Positions 51,594 through 64,000 of a stretch of 64,000 bases of DNA are shown in pieces. The stretch lies in the NCBI GenBank assembly GCA_013265495.1, contig MU058650.1, positions 647,394-711,393 on the forward strand, read 5' to 3'. Each line of letters starts with the position of its first letter. The stretch's first letter is position 1. The DNA comes from Vicugna vicugna. Taxonomy: Eukaryota. A program made the position numbers and the translations under genes. The notes under the pieces are model-generated. The model did no database searches. It saw only the letters and a list, made by a program, of their open reading frames with translations, and was not told where the DNA came from.

Positions 51594-52166
51594 TATCAAA
51601 GTCCTTCAGCCAGAGTCTACCAAGAGTACACCAACAGTTGAACAAGTTGAGTTTATTACTCTCTGCAGCATGGAAGAATGCTTACCATGGGGAACTGTGA
51701 GGGCGTCTCAGAAAGAGGATATGATGAGAAAGAAACTATTATAGGATTTGAGTTTTGATTGAGTATTTGACGTAGGGGTTCTTAGAAAGCCGGATTAGGT
51801 GCTATCGGACAGCGGGACAAGCAATTGTGTAATTGGGTGTCTCCTAAAGTCTTATCTTTAGGGAGGGAAACCCCCTAAGGAAACAAAGGTAGAGTTATGT
51901 TTGGTAAAGAAGCAGCAGACACTAACATCCACCAGAAAAAAATATTTGGTGTTTTGTGAGTGGCACAGTGACTTTGTCTGTTTGTCTGTGCCTTAAAAAA
52001 AATGGCGGGGGGTCTTGTTTTGCCTCATTTTATCAGAATAACCTTGATCTCATTTATCTCTGAGTGACCTTGTCTGAAGTTGAAATTCTGTGAGATGAAC
52101 ACGGTCTACCTGTGAATGACAAGCTATCTTATGAAAGTTAAGAGCTGACTTTTTTTTTCTTTCTCG
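51594..52166 (-). mobile_element. ERV1 LTR, MER67-like
   Basis: Minus strand gagaaagaaaaa...tctcacagaa...tcagacaaggtcactc...gtcactgtgcca..cacaaaacaccaaa resembles remembered MER67 consensus. Confidence 0.65.
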
Positions 52167-53029
52167 TGTTGAACTTTTTGGACAATTTTTCTCAGCACCA
52201 CAAATGCATGAAGAAATGAATGGCTTGCAGGAATAAATTTAACTTAGGAAAATAACATTCATCACACTCAGGAATTATGAAGTAAAATTCAAATCTGCTC
52301 ACACTGTCATGTCATCACCATGAAGAATAGTTCATTCTCAACGTCCCACCACGTCGGGGAACACCTTCTCTGGCAGCAGCAAGGGTAGTGAGTGCTGAAG
52401 GTTGAGCTGATGAAAATTGCTAAAATCTCCAGCCAATTGATACAACATCTAGAGAAGCAGGGCAGCGTGGGTCAAGGAGACACCAGGTGTATTTTCACTG
52501 GCTCAGCCCCAGCCAGCACAAGGGGGAATGCTCGATGCCCAGTAAGTTCTCATGTACTCAGTCTCAACACTGTTCTCTTACTGACCATTCATGTTGGCAC
52601 CCTGGCGAGGGTGCGCACTATTCAAACCCTTCCCAAACACCTCCCTGCTCCTTCCCCCCAGAGGGAGCTCCCTGCACCACTTTTTGCTCCTCCCAGATTA
52701 TGGTAAACTTCCTTCTGTATGACTTTCTCATGATGACGTCATTAACATGAGGTGGGCAATGGGGAACACTTCATCACAGCATAACTTTTGGCATCTTCTT
52801 TGAGACTTTTGTGATGGTCAGCTGGCTTTGAACTAAGTGCTTGCTTTATGGCATTGTCCTTATTTTGTTTCTGTTAGTCAGCTATTGCCTGCTCTTTATC
52901 TTGCAGAGAGTTTTAAAAACTTACTCCAAAATATACGAAGATAATATATAGAGAGTCAGGAGTCAAATAAATGTCTGACCCCAACATTTCTCTACCTTTA
53001 TAGAAAAATCCTGCTTGACTGAAAAAGGA

Positions 53030-53140
53030 GGGGAGGGTATAGCTCAGTGGTAGAGTGCATGCTTAGCATGCACCTCCATTAGACGTATATAAACAAACAA
53101 ACTGACTTACCTCCCCACCAACAAAATTTTAAAAAATTTT
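53030..53140 (+). mobile_element. tRNA-derived SINE (Vic-1-like), B box deleted
   Basis: ggggagggtatagctcagtggtagagtgcatgcttagcatgcac + A-rich middle + ttacctcccc + A tail; homologous to 62090-62222. Confidence 0.88.
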
Positions 53141-53894
53141 TAAATGAGTATGTCACTACATTTCTCCTTTTCAGACAAGGGCTTAATAACAAAACTGAAA
53201 AATTATTCTATGCATGGTGGTTAGAAAGTGTGTGACACTCTCTGATTGTGCACTGCCAAGAGAAACTAAAAATGAAGCAGACTATTAGATCTATCCCACA
53301 TTTGTGAGTTTTTTTGACTCGTTCCTATTCTCTCAGATGTGCCAAATTTAGAGCCTCTCTTGAGCGCTAATCCAGTTGGGCATCACTCGTGTCCCTTAAA
53401 TAGCAGATCAAGTGACAAAGAACGTATTAGCAGGGATCTGGGGAGGCATCTTTTAAATTGTCTGCATTTAGTTTAAAGATAAATAGCTTTATTGGCCACT
53501 GAAGTGCTTTATTCTTTGCTGAGTGCATTTTCCCTTGGGTTGCACACTATCTTTCGTACATTCCTATTGCTGCTAAAGCTCAGAGTTTGAGGGGCACAGT
53601 CCCTCCCATCACTTCAGTTGCTGAGCCATTGGTGGGACCACTGGTAAGACCCTGAGCCTGAGTGGCGATTCTGAGTACCTTGGCTCCTGTCCCTGAATGG
53701 ACACTTGTCCCTGAACTTCATTGTACTAATGCTGGAGATCTTAGCCGTTCAGCCACTCTGTTCTAGGACAGACCGTGAAATCAGACGGAGCGTGAGGAGA
53801 ATTTTGTGGGACCTCACAAAAAAGCTTACTGAAAACTTGGGGTGGGAGATTTTATTTTCCAAAGAAGACTACACACACACACACACACACCCCA

Positions 53895-54418
53895 TTCCAG
53901 GTACTCATCTTACACTATGACATTGACACCCCTCTATTGAGAGGTAGGGCTCATGCCCCCCCCCACCTTGAATCTAGGCCAATCTTTGCAATTACTCTGA
54001 CTAATCAAAGTCAGAGAAGTGACGCTGCTTGACTTCTAAGGTTAGGTTATAACAAGCAATATGATTTCCACTTGTCTCTCTTCCTCTCTCTCTGGTGTGT
54101 GCTTGCCCTTGGAACGCAGCCACCATGTTTGGAGGAAACACAGGCCACATAGAAAGGTCACAAGTGAGTATTCTGGCTGACAAGGACTCCATCAAACCTC
54201 TGCTGCTAGGCATGTGAATGCTTGGGACTGCAGGCGCTTCCAGTCTCTCAGCTTTAAGTACTCCAGCCAAGTCCTCAGACGTGTGAAGCAGAGGCAGGTC
54301 GTCCCCTCGGTGCCCCACCTAAATTACTGATCCACAGAAACCGTGAGAGATAATGAAAGATTGATTGTTATTTTAAGTTACTAGGATATGGGGTGATTAT
54401 ACAGCAATAGATAATATA
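53895..54418 (+). mobile_element. MaLR LTR (MLT1G/H-like)
   Basis: gaagtgacgctgcttgacttctaagg...gcagccaccatgt...tgatccacagaaaccgtgagagataat...cagcaatagataa. Confidence 0.8.
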
Positions 54419-55615
54419 GATGAATTTAGCAATCAAGTCCTCTGAAAAATATGGCGATCTTTAAACATGGCCCCAGATATACATACTTCTCCCATCTCCT
54501 CTCTCACTGCTTGCTCACACATGAGAGCATCTGCAGGAATTCCCAACACAGAGTTTTCTTCAGGTTAATTATGGAAGCACTAAGTGTAAAGTTGAAAAAC
54601 ACCACCACATTTGTTACAACCAGACTCCCAGAAAATACACTAACTCCTATATGACTAGTGTATAGGTATTGATTTAAATTATGCAATTATCATACCATGT
54701 TCTTAATTCATCCATCACACAATGGGAAATATGACCAATGTACGAATTTCAGTCTCTAAGGTACAAAAGGGAAAGTCTGATTTAAGATTTAGGGAAGTAA
54801 ATTGATCTCTTCAGTCCTTTAAAAAAAAATCTTTTCGTATCACTCGTTTATTTTTCTTCCACGGGAGCCTGGTGAGTGGTGGGGGCAGCCAGGCAGACCT
54901 TGAGAGCATCCAAAGAATCCTTTGCTCTGAATTAAGCAAGTGTCAGACACTCTTCTTACAACGTCTCGTTTAACACCACGTAAACCCCGTGCAGCTGGTT
55001 TAATTCCCATGTTACATGAGGAAGTCCACGCACAGAGGTGTAGGACGGAGACTCTTCCTAAACACAGTTAATTTAAATGATCAAATATGTACACATTCAG
55101 TCAAAATGTGAAACAAAATACATATTTTTAACGGTGCCCCTGGCCCCAGAAATCTCACTCATTGACCATTTCCTTCAGATGTTAACAGTATCTCAAAGAG
55201 AAAAGATGTAACCTTAAGGAGTGTATGGCCACACCAGACACTTGACGTTGTGCTGAAAGACTGTGAAGGCGTTTCAGAGGTAACTTTGACTATATGCTCT
55301 GACTTGAGAACTTGACCCTCACCACCACTGGTCCCCACTTGGTGGTAACTTGTTGAAGGTCGCAAAAGCTTGTAAAGGTTGTAAAGCTGAGGTTCAAACC
55401 CAGGTCCACCTAACTCAAAATCCCACGCCTGATCCACTCCACTGCATACGTTTTCTGTGCAAATCCACTATGGCTGCAGTTTTGCATGCCTACCTGCTTG
55501 GGGACAACACATCTGTAGTCACCGTTATCAGGACCATAACAACAAAAAGCCCTGGAGGATCAGTGCAGAATACTGGTTGAGAACAAGAGGTCTGCACACG
55601 ACCTGCCTGGATTTT

Positions 55616-56594
55616 TTTTTTAATTTCAAAAAAATTTTTGTATAAGTAACATTCACATTACAGAAATATTTTATTTTATTTTATTTTTTTAACATTTTTT
55701 ATTGATTTATAATCATTTTACAATGTTGTGTCAAGTTCCAGTGTTCAGCACAATTTTTCATTTATGGACATATACACACTCATTGTAACATTTTTTTCTC
55801 TGTGAGTTATCATAATATTTTGTGTATATTTCCCTGTGCTATACAGTGTAATCTTGTTTATCTATTCTACAATTTTGAAATCCCAGTCTATCCCTTCCCA
55901 CCCTACACCCCACTGGCAACCACAAGTCTGTATTCTCTGTCTATGAGTCTATTATTGTCCTGTATTTATGCTTTGTTTTTGTTTGTTTGTTTGTTTTTGT
56001 TTTTGTTTTTTAGATTCCACATATGAGCGATCTCATATGGTATTTTTCTTTCTCTTTCTGGCTTACTTCACTTAGAATGACATTCTCCAGGAGCATCCAT
56101 GTTGCTGCAAATGGCATTATGTTGTCAGTTTTTATGGCTGAGTAGTATTCCATTGTATAAATATACCACATCTTCTGTATCCAGTCACCTGTTGATGGAC
56201 ATTTAGGCTGTTTCCATGTTTTGGCTATTGTAAATAGTGCTGCTATGAACATTGGGGTGCAGGTGTCATCCTGAAGTAGGGTTCCTTCTGGATACAAGCC
56301 CAGGAGTGGGATTCCTGGGTCATATGGTAAGTCTATTCCTAGTCTTTTGAGGAATCTTACACTGTTTTCCACAGTGGCTGCACCAAACTGCATTCCCACC
56401 AGCAGTGTAGGAGGGTTCCCCTTTCTCCACAGCCTCTCCAGCATTTGTCATTTGTGGATTTTTGAATGACGGCCATTCTGACTGGTGTGAGGTGATACCT
56501 CATTGTAGTTTTGATTTGCATTTCTCTGATAATTAGTGATATTGAGCATTTTTTCATGAGCCTTTTGATCATTTGTATGCCTTCCTTGGAGAAT
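55616..56594 (-). mobile_element. Young 5'-truncated L1 with 3' extra segment
   Basis: Minus ORFs 56357-56623 (zinc-knuckle [18 protein letters not shown]) and 56010-56444 are the ORF2 C-terminus with one frameshift; perfect TSD tgcctggatttt at 55604-55615 and 56595-56606. Confidence 0.96.
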
Positions 56595-56639
56595 TGCCTG
56601 GATTTTGATCCCAGCTCTTCCATTTACCTGCCGTGTGAA

Positions 56640-57127
56640 AGTTCTGGGTATCTATATTCCACCCTAAAACTCTGTGATTTAAAATAATAATTTATTATTA
56701 GCTTTCATGGTTCTGCAGGTTGACTGAGTTTATCTGGATGATTTTTAGAGTCCCTCTTGCAGTTGTAGTCAGATGTTGACACAGGCTACAGTCATCTGAA
56801 AGCTCAGCAGATTAAACATCCAAAGAGGATGCTATGGCTGGTAGACCAGCTGGAGCTGTCAACCAGAGCAATTCACAGGGGCCTCTTGTTGAATCCTCGG
56901 GCTTTTTACAAGTGACTGGGTTCCAAGACAGAGATCCCAGGAGCAAGCGTTCCAAGGAAAACTGGGTAGAATCTGCAGGGTTACTAATGAACTAGCCCTA
57001 GAACTTATGTGACATCATTTGTGCCATATTTTGTTGGTCTAAAGTGAGTCACAGTGGCCAGGAGAGCTTCCAGGCATCACGAGGTATGGCTCATTGGGAG
57101 ACTCACTTTTGGAGATAAGCTACCACA
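56640..57127 (-). mobile_element. MaLR LTR (MLT1H/I-like)
   Basis: tcatggttctgcaggttgactg...cagtcatctgaaagctc...gccatattttgttggtc...agctaccaca. Confidence 0.75.
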
Positions 57128-58015
57128 GTAACCTTGATCGATTCATTTCAATTCTCTGTGCTTTGTTTTCTCCAAGGGGTGCCTACTTGATGGGATTGTT
57201 GTGAGAATTAAATGAAGTAATACATGTAAAATGGTTAGAAGAGCTCCTGGCACATAGCAAGTACTCGATGAAAGTTACGTTGCTGTCACTATTAAGAACA
57301 CCGTGCTAGACACTGGGACACTGTCACTTTACACCCACCGAGTGTCATATCTCACATACTATGCTGCTCCCTGGAGACCATCACCAGGGCCATGATCATT
57401 CTTGGACAGAGAGCTTCACAAGGGCTTCCTGAGGCCTCTATGTTATGCTCCACGAGGCTCTTTCCCATGAACAAATTCAGAAATGCTGTCACTTGTCAAC
57501 ATAGACTCTTGACAAGGATATTTCAAAGCTACACTCAGGCTTTCTGGCAGGAAGATCAAGGGGCATAATCCCTAACGCTCATCACAGTTTTAAACACAGC
57601 TCCAAGTGGATCCATCCTGCAACAACTGTCTTCCACCCACTCAAGGACCCAAGCCGAGAACTTCTGATCTTCTAAGAGGTCAGCTTCAAAGACTCAGGGG
57701 CCAAAAGGGGCTATGTGGTTCTCAGGAACCTTGGCCTCAAGCTTGAGAACTTTCTGTACAACGGACCAGCTGAGGTTCCTTTTGCAAACAGAAGAAAACT
57801 TACCCCAGGCTCTGCTCAGCTGAAAAGCTGTGTGGCTCTGAGGAAATCTCCGGCAGAGCTGGCCCACTGTCAAACTCACCATGACAGTGCAAATATTTCC
57901 CCCGGGCTCCCGCCACATGGAGTTGCAGCATCAGAATAGCATAATTATTGCAGTCATGATCTCTAAGAAGACAATAATTAGATGAGGGAGCAGCAACTGT
58001 CAGCATGAGAATGTT

Positions 58016-58229
58016 GTAGATACTGACTGGTATATATAAAATAGATGAACAAGTTTATACTGGGAAATATATTCAAGATCTTGTAGAAGCTCATGGTCAA
58101 AAAGAATATGAAAACGAATATACGTATGTTCATGTATGACTGAAGCATTGTGCTGTACACCAGAAACTGACACAACATTGTAAACTGACTACAATTCAAT
58201 AAACTTAATTAATTAATTAATTTAAAAAA
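58016..58229 (+). mobile_element. 5'-truncated young L1 tail
   Basis: Matches 2150-2345; TSD agaatgtt at 58008-58015 and 58230-58237. Confidence 0.9.
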
Positions 58230-59401
58230 AGAATGTTAGAGGTGAAGGGTGAGCTGGAGTGGGGTGGGACCAGCAAGGAAAAAGGAAAACAAGGCAAACT
58301 AAGAGACACCCCAAAATTAAACGGCATCAGAGTTTTGCCTTTAACAAACAGTTTAAATTTTTTTTTTTTTTTGGATCTATCGGCTTTTGTATGCTTTTCC
58401 CATTCAGTAGCTTCAGTTTTCCTCCAGGAAAAAAAAAAATCTAGGCACATTCTTTTACGCTTCAGATGGAATCACCACACCCATCACACGGCTGGATTTG
58501 TAAATCTAGTGCATCCAGCTTCCATTCCCAGCCTGAAAACAGCGCACAGCTCCAGGAGTTCCCAGCACATCCAAGTGTGTATAAGCACTGCGTGCCTTAC
58601 AGGTGTGAATGAAGTGTATGTGTTTTCTTCTCCAGCTTCTGCAGAGACGTTTCATTGAACGAGAAGAATGAGGACTGAAAATAGTCACAGTTCACTAGCT
58701 ACACTTTGCCAGATGAGACTGTAAACTCTTTTTAAAATTTCTTAAAACTCTAACTTCCCACATGAAGTAAAACCATGTAAATCTCAATGTTTACCTCTTG
58801 GGCGAAGGCTAGAATAGTTTTACTTGCTTGATGTTCACCTGTACAATAACACGTCCAAGCCGATGCTCCAAGTTCCACTCTCCTTGCCTGTAAATGGCAG
58901 TAATGACAGTCATGGAGTAACAGCAGCAGATGCAGTGGTCCTGTGGTCACCACAGAGGAGGCTCTCGCGCAATGGCGTGATAGTTGAGGGTTTCTCAAAA
59001 TGTCTTCCAGTTTTGTAAACATCACTGTCTCATTGGCCATGTCAAATGGCCGGGTCAACATCTATCCTTTTAACTGGCTACCTCATCTCAAAGGGAAACC
59101 TGCCCCTTCCCCTTTCCACCTGTGCTTTAGACACCACTTCTTCCATTCCCTCAGCATCCTCTCCCTTCTTCCTCACCTCCTTGAAGTCCTTTTTCCACCA
59201 ATATCTTCCTCTTTTCTCCTTTCAGCCTCTCCTTTCTTCAGGCTCCTGCCTCTCACTTCCAATACACACTTAGGTCTCTAACTAAACTCCCTTTGAAAGG
59301 ACCTTGTGTTTCCCTGAGCAGAGACAAGTGCCTGCTGCTCAGTAAAGCCAACTTCTGGGGTAGAGGGGAGAGTGGAGGAGGGAAAAGGAAGAGTAAGTGA
59401 G

Positions 59402-60116
59402 ATGGTGAGAATGTAATTCAGTGCAGCCACTGTGGAGGACAGTATGGAAGTTCCTTAAAAAACTAAAAAAAGGCTTATAATATGATCCAGCAATCCCACT
59501 CCTAGGCATATACCTGAAGAAAACTCTGATTCAAAAAGATACATGTACCCCAACGTTCACAGCAGCCCTGTTTACAATAGCCAAGACACAGAAGCAACCT
59601 AAGTGTCCATCGAGAGATGAATAGATAAAGATGGTGTGTGTGTACACGCACACATATATAATGGAATATTACATAGCCATAAAAAGAATGAAATGACATT
59701 TGCAGCAACATGGTTGGACCTAAAGAGTATCATATTAAGTAAAGTAAATCAGACAGAGAAAGACAAATATCATATGATAGCACTTATATGTGGAATCTAA
59801 ATAAAGATAAAAATTGTATTTACAAACCAAAAATAGACTCATAGACAGAAAACAAACTACGGTTACCAAAGGGGAAAGAGCAGAGGAGGGATAAATTAGG
59901 AGTTTAGGATTAACAGACACACATTACTGTGTATAAAATAAACAAAAAGAACCTACTGTATAGCACAGGGAATGATATTCCATCAGTAATATATAATGGA
60001 AAAAAATCTGAAATATATATATATATATATATACTATATATATATATCTGAATTGCTTTGCTATACACCTGAAACTAACACTGTATATCAACTACATTTC
60101 AATTAAAAAAAAAAAA
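59402..60116 (+). mobile_element. 5'-truncated L1 3' end
   Basis: gtgcagccactgtggaggacagtatgga...3'UTR with a (TA)n tract and poly-A. Confidence 0.92.
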
Positions 60117-60805
60117 GAGTGGGCATAGCTGCTGTGTTTCGTCTAGGGCAGAATGATGTTTCACTTTCTCAGAACTCTAATTTAGCACAAGTTGCATCTT
60201 GCTCAGGACAGTGTTGACACAGAGGAAATGATGTAATACATGGGATGAGAACCACACAAATGAAGACAGAAGTAAAACCGAAGACACTGACAAGCTCCAG
60301 GCTGCAGAAATATTACTGAAATCCAATGGGAAGATATTGATTATGACAAATATCATCCCTGTATAACTGCATACTTTCCATACTGATACCAACAGAGGTG
60401 TAGGTGCAAAGTGATAATTGTGTGGCAAGTCAGGAAGATGGTACCAGATTCTTGGGCTACCATAATAGAGAGGTTGTCCTACATTTTTGAATGAAATGTC
60501 AAAACAAGAAATATGTGATATTACTAACATGTCACCTTCCTCTCATTCTCCAACAGATGAATTTAAACTGATAACTTTGTACATTGAATTACATTTTCCC
60601 AAGGAAGGCAATTATCAAGAGGCTCTCTTCCATTTATGACTGAGCTTCAATTAGCTGTTTGTCTTCAGTGCTTTAACCCAATCTCTCCTGTCAAGTGGCT
60701 AATGATTCATAAACAAGAACTTAGGAAAAGAATTGCTTTTCTAATTCAAATTATTTTCAAATTCAAACAGTGAAACTTCTTCTTTTGTTCCTATTAGCAT
60801 TGGAA

Positions 60806-60840
60806 TTTTTTCTTTTTTCTTTACTTTTTTCTTTCTTCTT

Positions 60841-60870
<30 letters not shown>
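60806..60870. repeat. Poly-T/pyrimidine low-complexity tract
   Basis: T-rich run ending in ~28 consecutive T. Confidence 0.9.
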
Positions 60871-60871
<1 letters not shown>

Positions 60872-62089
60872 GTGTAATAGGTTTTCTTAAAGACAGGTAA
60901 ACACAATAGATATCTGGGGAAAACATTTTCCTACATCGAGTTTCTAAATCGTAGAAAAAAGTGTTTTCTTTCTCTTTTTCCAAAGCCTCAGGATAAAGAA
61001 AAGCCAAATTCTGCCTTAATCTTGGCATTCACTGTGAACAAGTAGCCTGACCTAATTCTCTCATTTAGTGTCACGAAGTTCTCTGAGCACCTGCAGAAAA
61101 AAGACAAGACCAAAACCCATTTATTGGATACTCAACATCAGACCTGCGTAAAGAGGCATATTTTAAAGGGAACGTTTTATAGAATATAAATTTTAAACTA
61201 ATCTTGGACTCTGATTTGCAAAAATATAACTTACTTTTCTTATCACTGGACTTAGCTTAGTTTTCAAGACCATACTTTGACTGAATGGCAGAAAACCAAA
61301 TCTTGCAGTTCAGTGTAAATGTAACCGTTTCTGCTTCAACATTCAAAATGACTCTTTCTGGGTTAAATAGTCAGTTAAATTTAAGATTCTCAAATTACTT
61401 ACCTTCTCTTTCCCAAGAATTGAGCTAAGTTACGGCAGTGGGCCAGGGACTTGGTATCATCCTGGTATCGTGGGAGAGGTGCCTGAGGCGTGACGTTTAT
61501 GCTGGCCTCTGCTCAGATGGCCTTGGTTTTCAGCTTCTGTTCCCACTGTACCTGCCACCCATTGTCCTCCCCTTCAGACCTCCCACAGGTTCCTCTGTGG
61601 CCACCTCCTCCCTACCATGCTGGTGCGTTCTCTCTGTCTCTCTGTCTCTCTTTTCCCTGGTTTACCAGACCTTTCTCAACCTTCCTCTTCACTCACACCA
61701 CACGGGACGACGAGACATCACTAAGGCTCAAAGTGAAGTGGATAGTGGTGGCTGCCTTCTCTCTGCTCGGTCTAACTGGTCATCATTTTTCACTCAACTA
61801 CAGACACCTCACTTTGGGTGTGGCCTACCATGAGCCTATCTCCTCTCAGAGTCTTAGGCAAGAAATGGGACATCAGCCCTCCAACCCCAAGCTTACTGGG
61901 AATTTCTAAGACACTCATGTCCATTACTCAGGTTTCAATTGCCCTCTGCTAGCCTTCCTCTCTCCTCTCCTCAGTTTGTCTCTCAATTGATCAAGGAGAG
62001 AAAGACTGAAATTTTTCTCCGTCTTGCATCCTTTTAAATCTGTTGTTCCAGCATAATCCCTACACTTTGTTTTTCTCAAGGTTTTGGCT

Positions 62090-62222
62090 TTTTTTTGGTG
62101 GAGGCGGAGGTAATTAGGTTTATTTGTTTATTTGTTTGTTTGTTAACAGAGGTACTGGGGATTGAACCCAGGACCTCGCGTGTGCTAAGCATGCGCTCTA
62201 CCACTGAGCTATATACCCTCCC
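62090..62222 (-). mobile_element. tRNA(Ala)-derived SINE (Vic-1-like, camelid type), full length
   Basis: Minus strand A box tagctcagtggtaga, B box gggttcaatccc, A-rich linker, acctaattacctcc, A tail; TSD ctcaagg(t/c)tttggct at 62075-62089 and 62223-62237. Confidence 0.92.
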
Positions 62223-62559
62223 CTCAAGGCTTTGGCTCTTGATAAATAAAGTCAAGTTTGGGGAGATTCAAAACCATTTTCCTTCTTCCTCCTCCTACCT
62301 TTAAAAGAGTTTTCTGCACTAATAATTGTAAAGCCTCAATGAAGCATTCAAATGACTTACTCTGTCTTGGTTTCTACTTGCCCCACTCCTAGCCCGACTG
62401 CTACAGCAGTGGGTGCAGAAAACTACCACTACCAGTAGCTATGGAAACGGAGGATGGGAACCTAAGATTATGTTCTACAATGCCAATATTTTTACATTGA
62501 AGCCTGAGATTAATTCCATCAACAAGGAATTTTGAGGCATGCACTCTTCCAGCTTCTGT

Positions 62560-63160
62560 GAGTTCCCTACGTTCATGAAACTTGCATTCTAACTGAGTGA
62601 GGGAGATAACAAACAAGCAAAAGAATGAATAAACAAGATAGTTTCCAATTACTGGAAGTCCTATGAAGTAAAGAAACAGAGTGATATAATAAAGGAGGAA
62701 AGAAAGGAGGTCACGGAAGCTCTACTAAGTTGGTGACATTTGAGCTAAGATCTAAATGATCCAGGGAGCCTGGCACGTGAACAGCCAGAAAACGATCTTT
62801 CTAGTAAGAGAAAGCAGCAAGTGTAAAGGCTCAGAGGTGGGAAAGAGTTCAGCGTGGTCAAGGAACAGAGAGGAGACCAGTGTGACGAGAACATCATGGA
62901 CACAAGGGACAGATCAGAAAAGGAAGCGGACCCAGATCACGCGGTTCCCAGCAGCCCACGGCAAACAGCTTGAATTTTTTTCTAAGTAAACTGAACAGTC
63001 ATTCATGAGTTTGAGAAACTACATTTGTTTTACGTTTTTAAAAGATTCCTCTGTCTGTAGAATGGCTTATAAAGGGATCAAGAGTGATTATGGTAGCTTT
63101 CACCAAACTGTATTATGAAGATTTGAAGAAGTAGATAGATTCGAGATACGTTTAAGAAAT
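62560..63160 (-). mobile_element. L2 LINE fragment
   Basis: ggtgacatttgagctaagatctaaatga...cagcaagtgtaaaggctcagaggtgggaaagag...tcaaggaacag. Confidence 0.8.
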
Positions 63161-63324
63161 ATACTCAAGGAGGATTCCTCAGCTCTCTGTGAAGGAGGGT
63201 TGAAATGTCAGATTCCCAAATTATATAATTGTATCTTTTATTCCACCATTAACACCAAGATTGCAAAAAGTAACTTACAAACACTCTCAACGTCACACCT
63301 GGTTGAACGTTAAAGGCTTTTGAC

Positions 63325-64000
63325 CTGGAGAGGATGTGGAAAAAAGGGAACCCTCCTGCACTGTTGGTGGGAATGTAGTTTGGTGCAGCCACTATGGAAG
63401 ACAATATGGAGATTCCTCAAAAAATGAAAAAGAAACTTACCATATGACCCAGTAATCCCACTGCTGGGCATATATCCAGAGAGAACTCTAATTTGAAAAG
63501 ATACATGCACCCTAGTGTGCATAGCAGCACTATATACAATAGGCAAGACATGGAAACAGCCTAAATGTCCATCAACAGATGACTGGATAAAGAAGATGTG
63601 GCATATTTATATAATGGGATACTACTCAGTGATTAAAAAAATAATAAAATAATACCACTTGCAGCAACATGGATGGACCTGGAGATTGTCATTCTAAGTG
63701 AAGAAAGCCAAAAAGAGAAAGAAAGATACTGTATGATACCACTCATATGTGGAATCTGAAAAAAGGAAAAAGGGAAAAAGGGGCACTAATGAACTCACCT
63801 ACAAAACAGAAGCAGACTCACAGCCCTGGTAAACAATCTGGTTACTAGGGGAAAGGGGCTGGGAAGGGATAATCTTGGGAGTTCGAGATTCACAAATATT
63901 AACTACTGTATAAAAATAGATTAAAAACACAAATTTCTTCCGTATAGCACAGGAAACTATATTCTATGTCTTGTAATAACCTTTAATGAAAAAGAATATG
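63325..64000 (+). mobile_element. 5'-truncated young L1, runs off window end
   Basis: ctggagaggatgtggaaaaaaggg...ORF2 C-terminus and 3'UTR, closely similar to 30175-30820. Confidence 0.94.

Larger units (their letters stand above)
55560..57290 (+). mobile_element. MIR SINE broken into three pieces by an L1 and an MLT1
   Basis: Pieces ~55560-55615, ~56595-56638 (gatcccagctcttccatttacc) and ~57128-57290 (gtgagaattaaatga...cctggcacatagcaagtactc) join into one MIR. Confidence 0.75.

Noticed and set aside
60741..61028. Poly-lysine ORF
   Set aside because: Artefact of the poly-T tract.
62145..62222. tRNA-Ala-like gene
   Set aside because: It has an A-rich linker, poly-A tail and 15-bp TSD, so it is the head of a SINE.

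Overview
AT-rich, repeat-dense mammalian genomic DNA. The lineage is most likely camelid (camel/alpaca/llama); this is inferred from two tRNA(Ala)-like Vic-1-type SINEs and the absence of recognisable BovB/Bov-tA, CHR, PRE-1 or Alu. I recognise no cellular protein-coding gene, RNA gene or CRISPR array. The ORFs that resemble known proteins are L1 ORF1/ORF2 or Tigger1 remnants. The window is layered transposon debris: ancient L1M, L2, MIR, MLT1/MLT2, MER67-like and Tigger1 copies, more than a dozen younger 5'-truncated L1 ends (many with readable TSDs), three solo LTRs of one ERV1-type family and two further solo LTRs. The most notable signal is an L1 whose normal 3'UTR is replaced by an unrelated ~290-bp polyadenylated tail (42036-42517); the same tail occurs as an independent TSD-flanked insertion at 8635-8798. 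Several L1s also carry extra sequence between the poly-A and the TSD (3'-transduction-like), and one 5'-intact L1 derivative has two 5'UTR-like modules and essentially no ORFs. Repeat family names come from memory of consensus sequences, not from a database search. Boundaries without a stated TSD are approximate.
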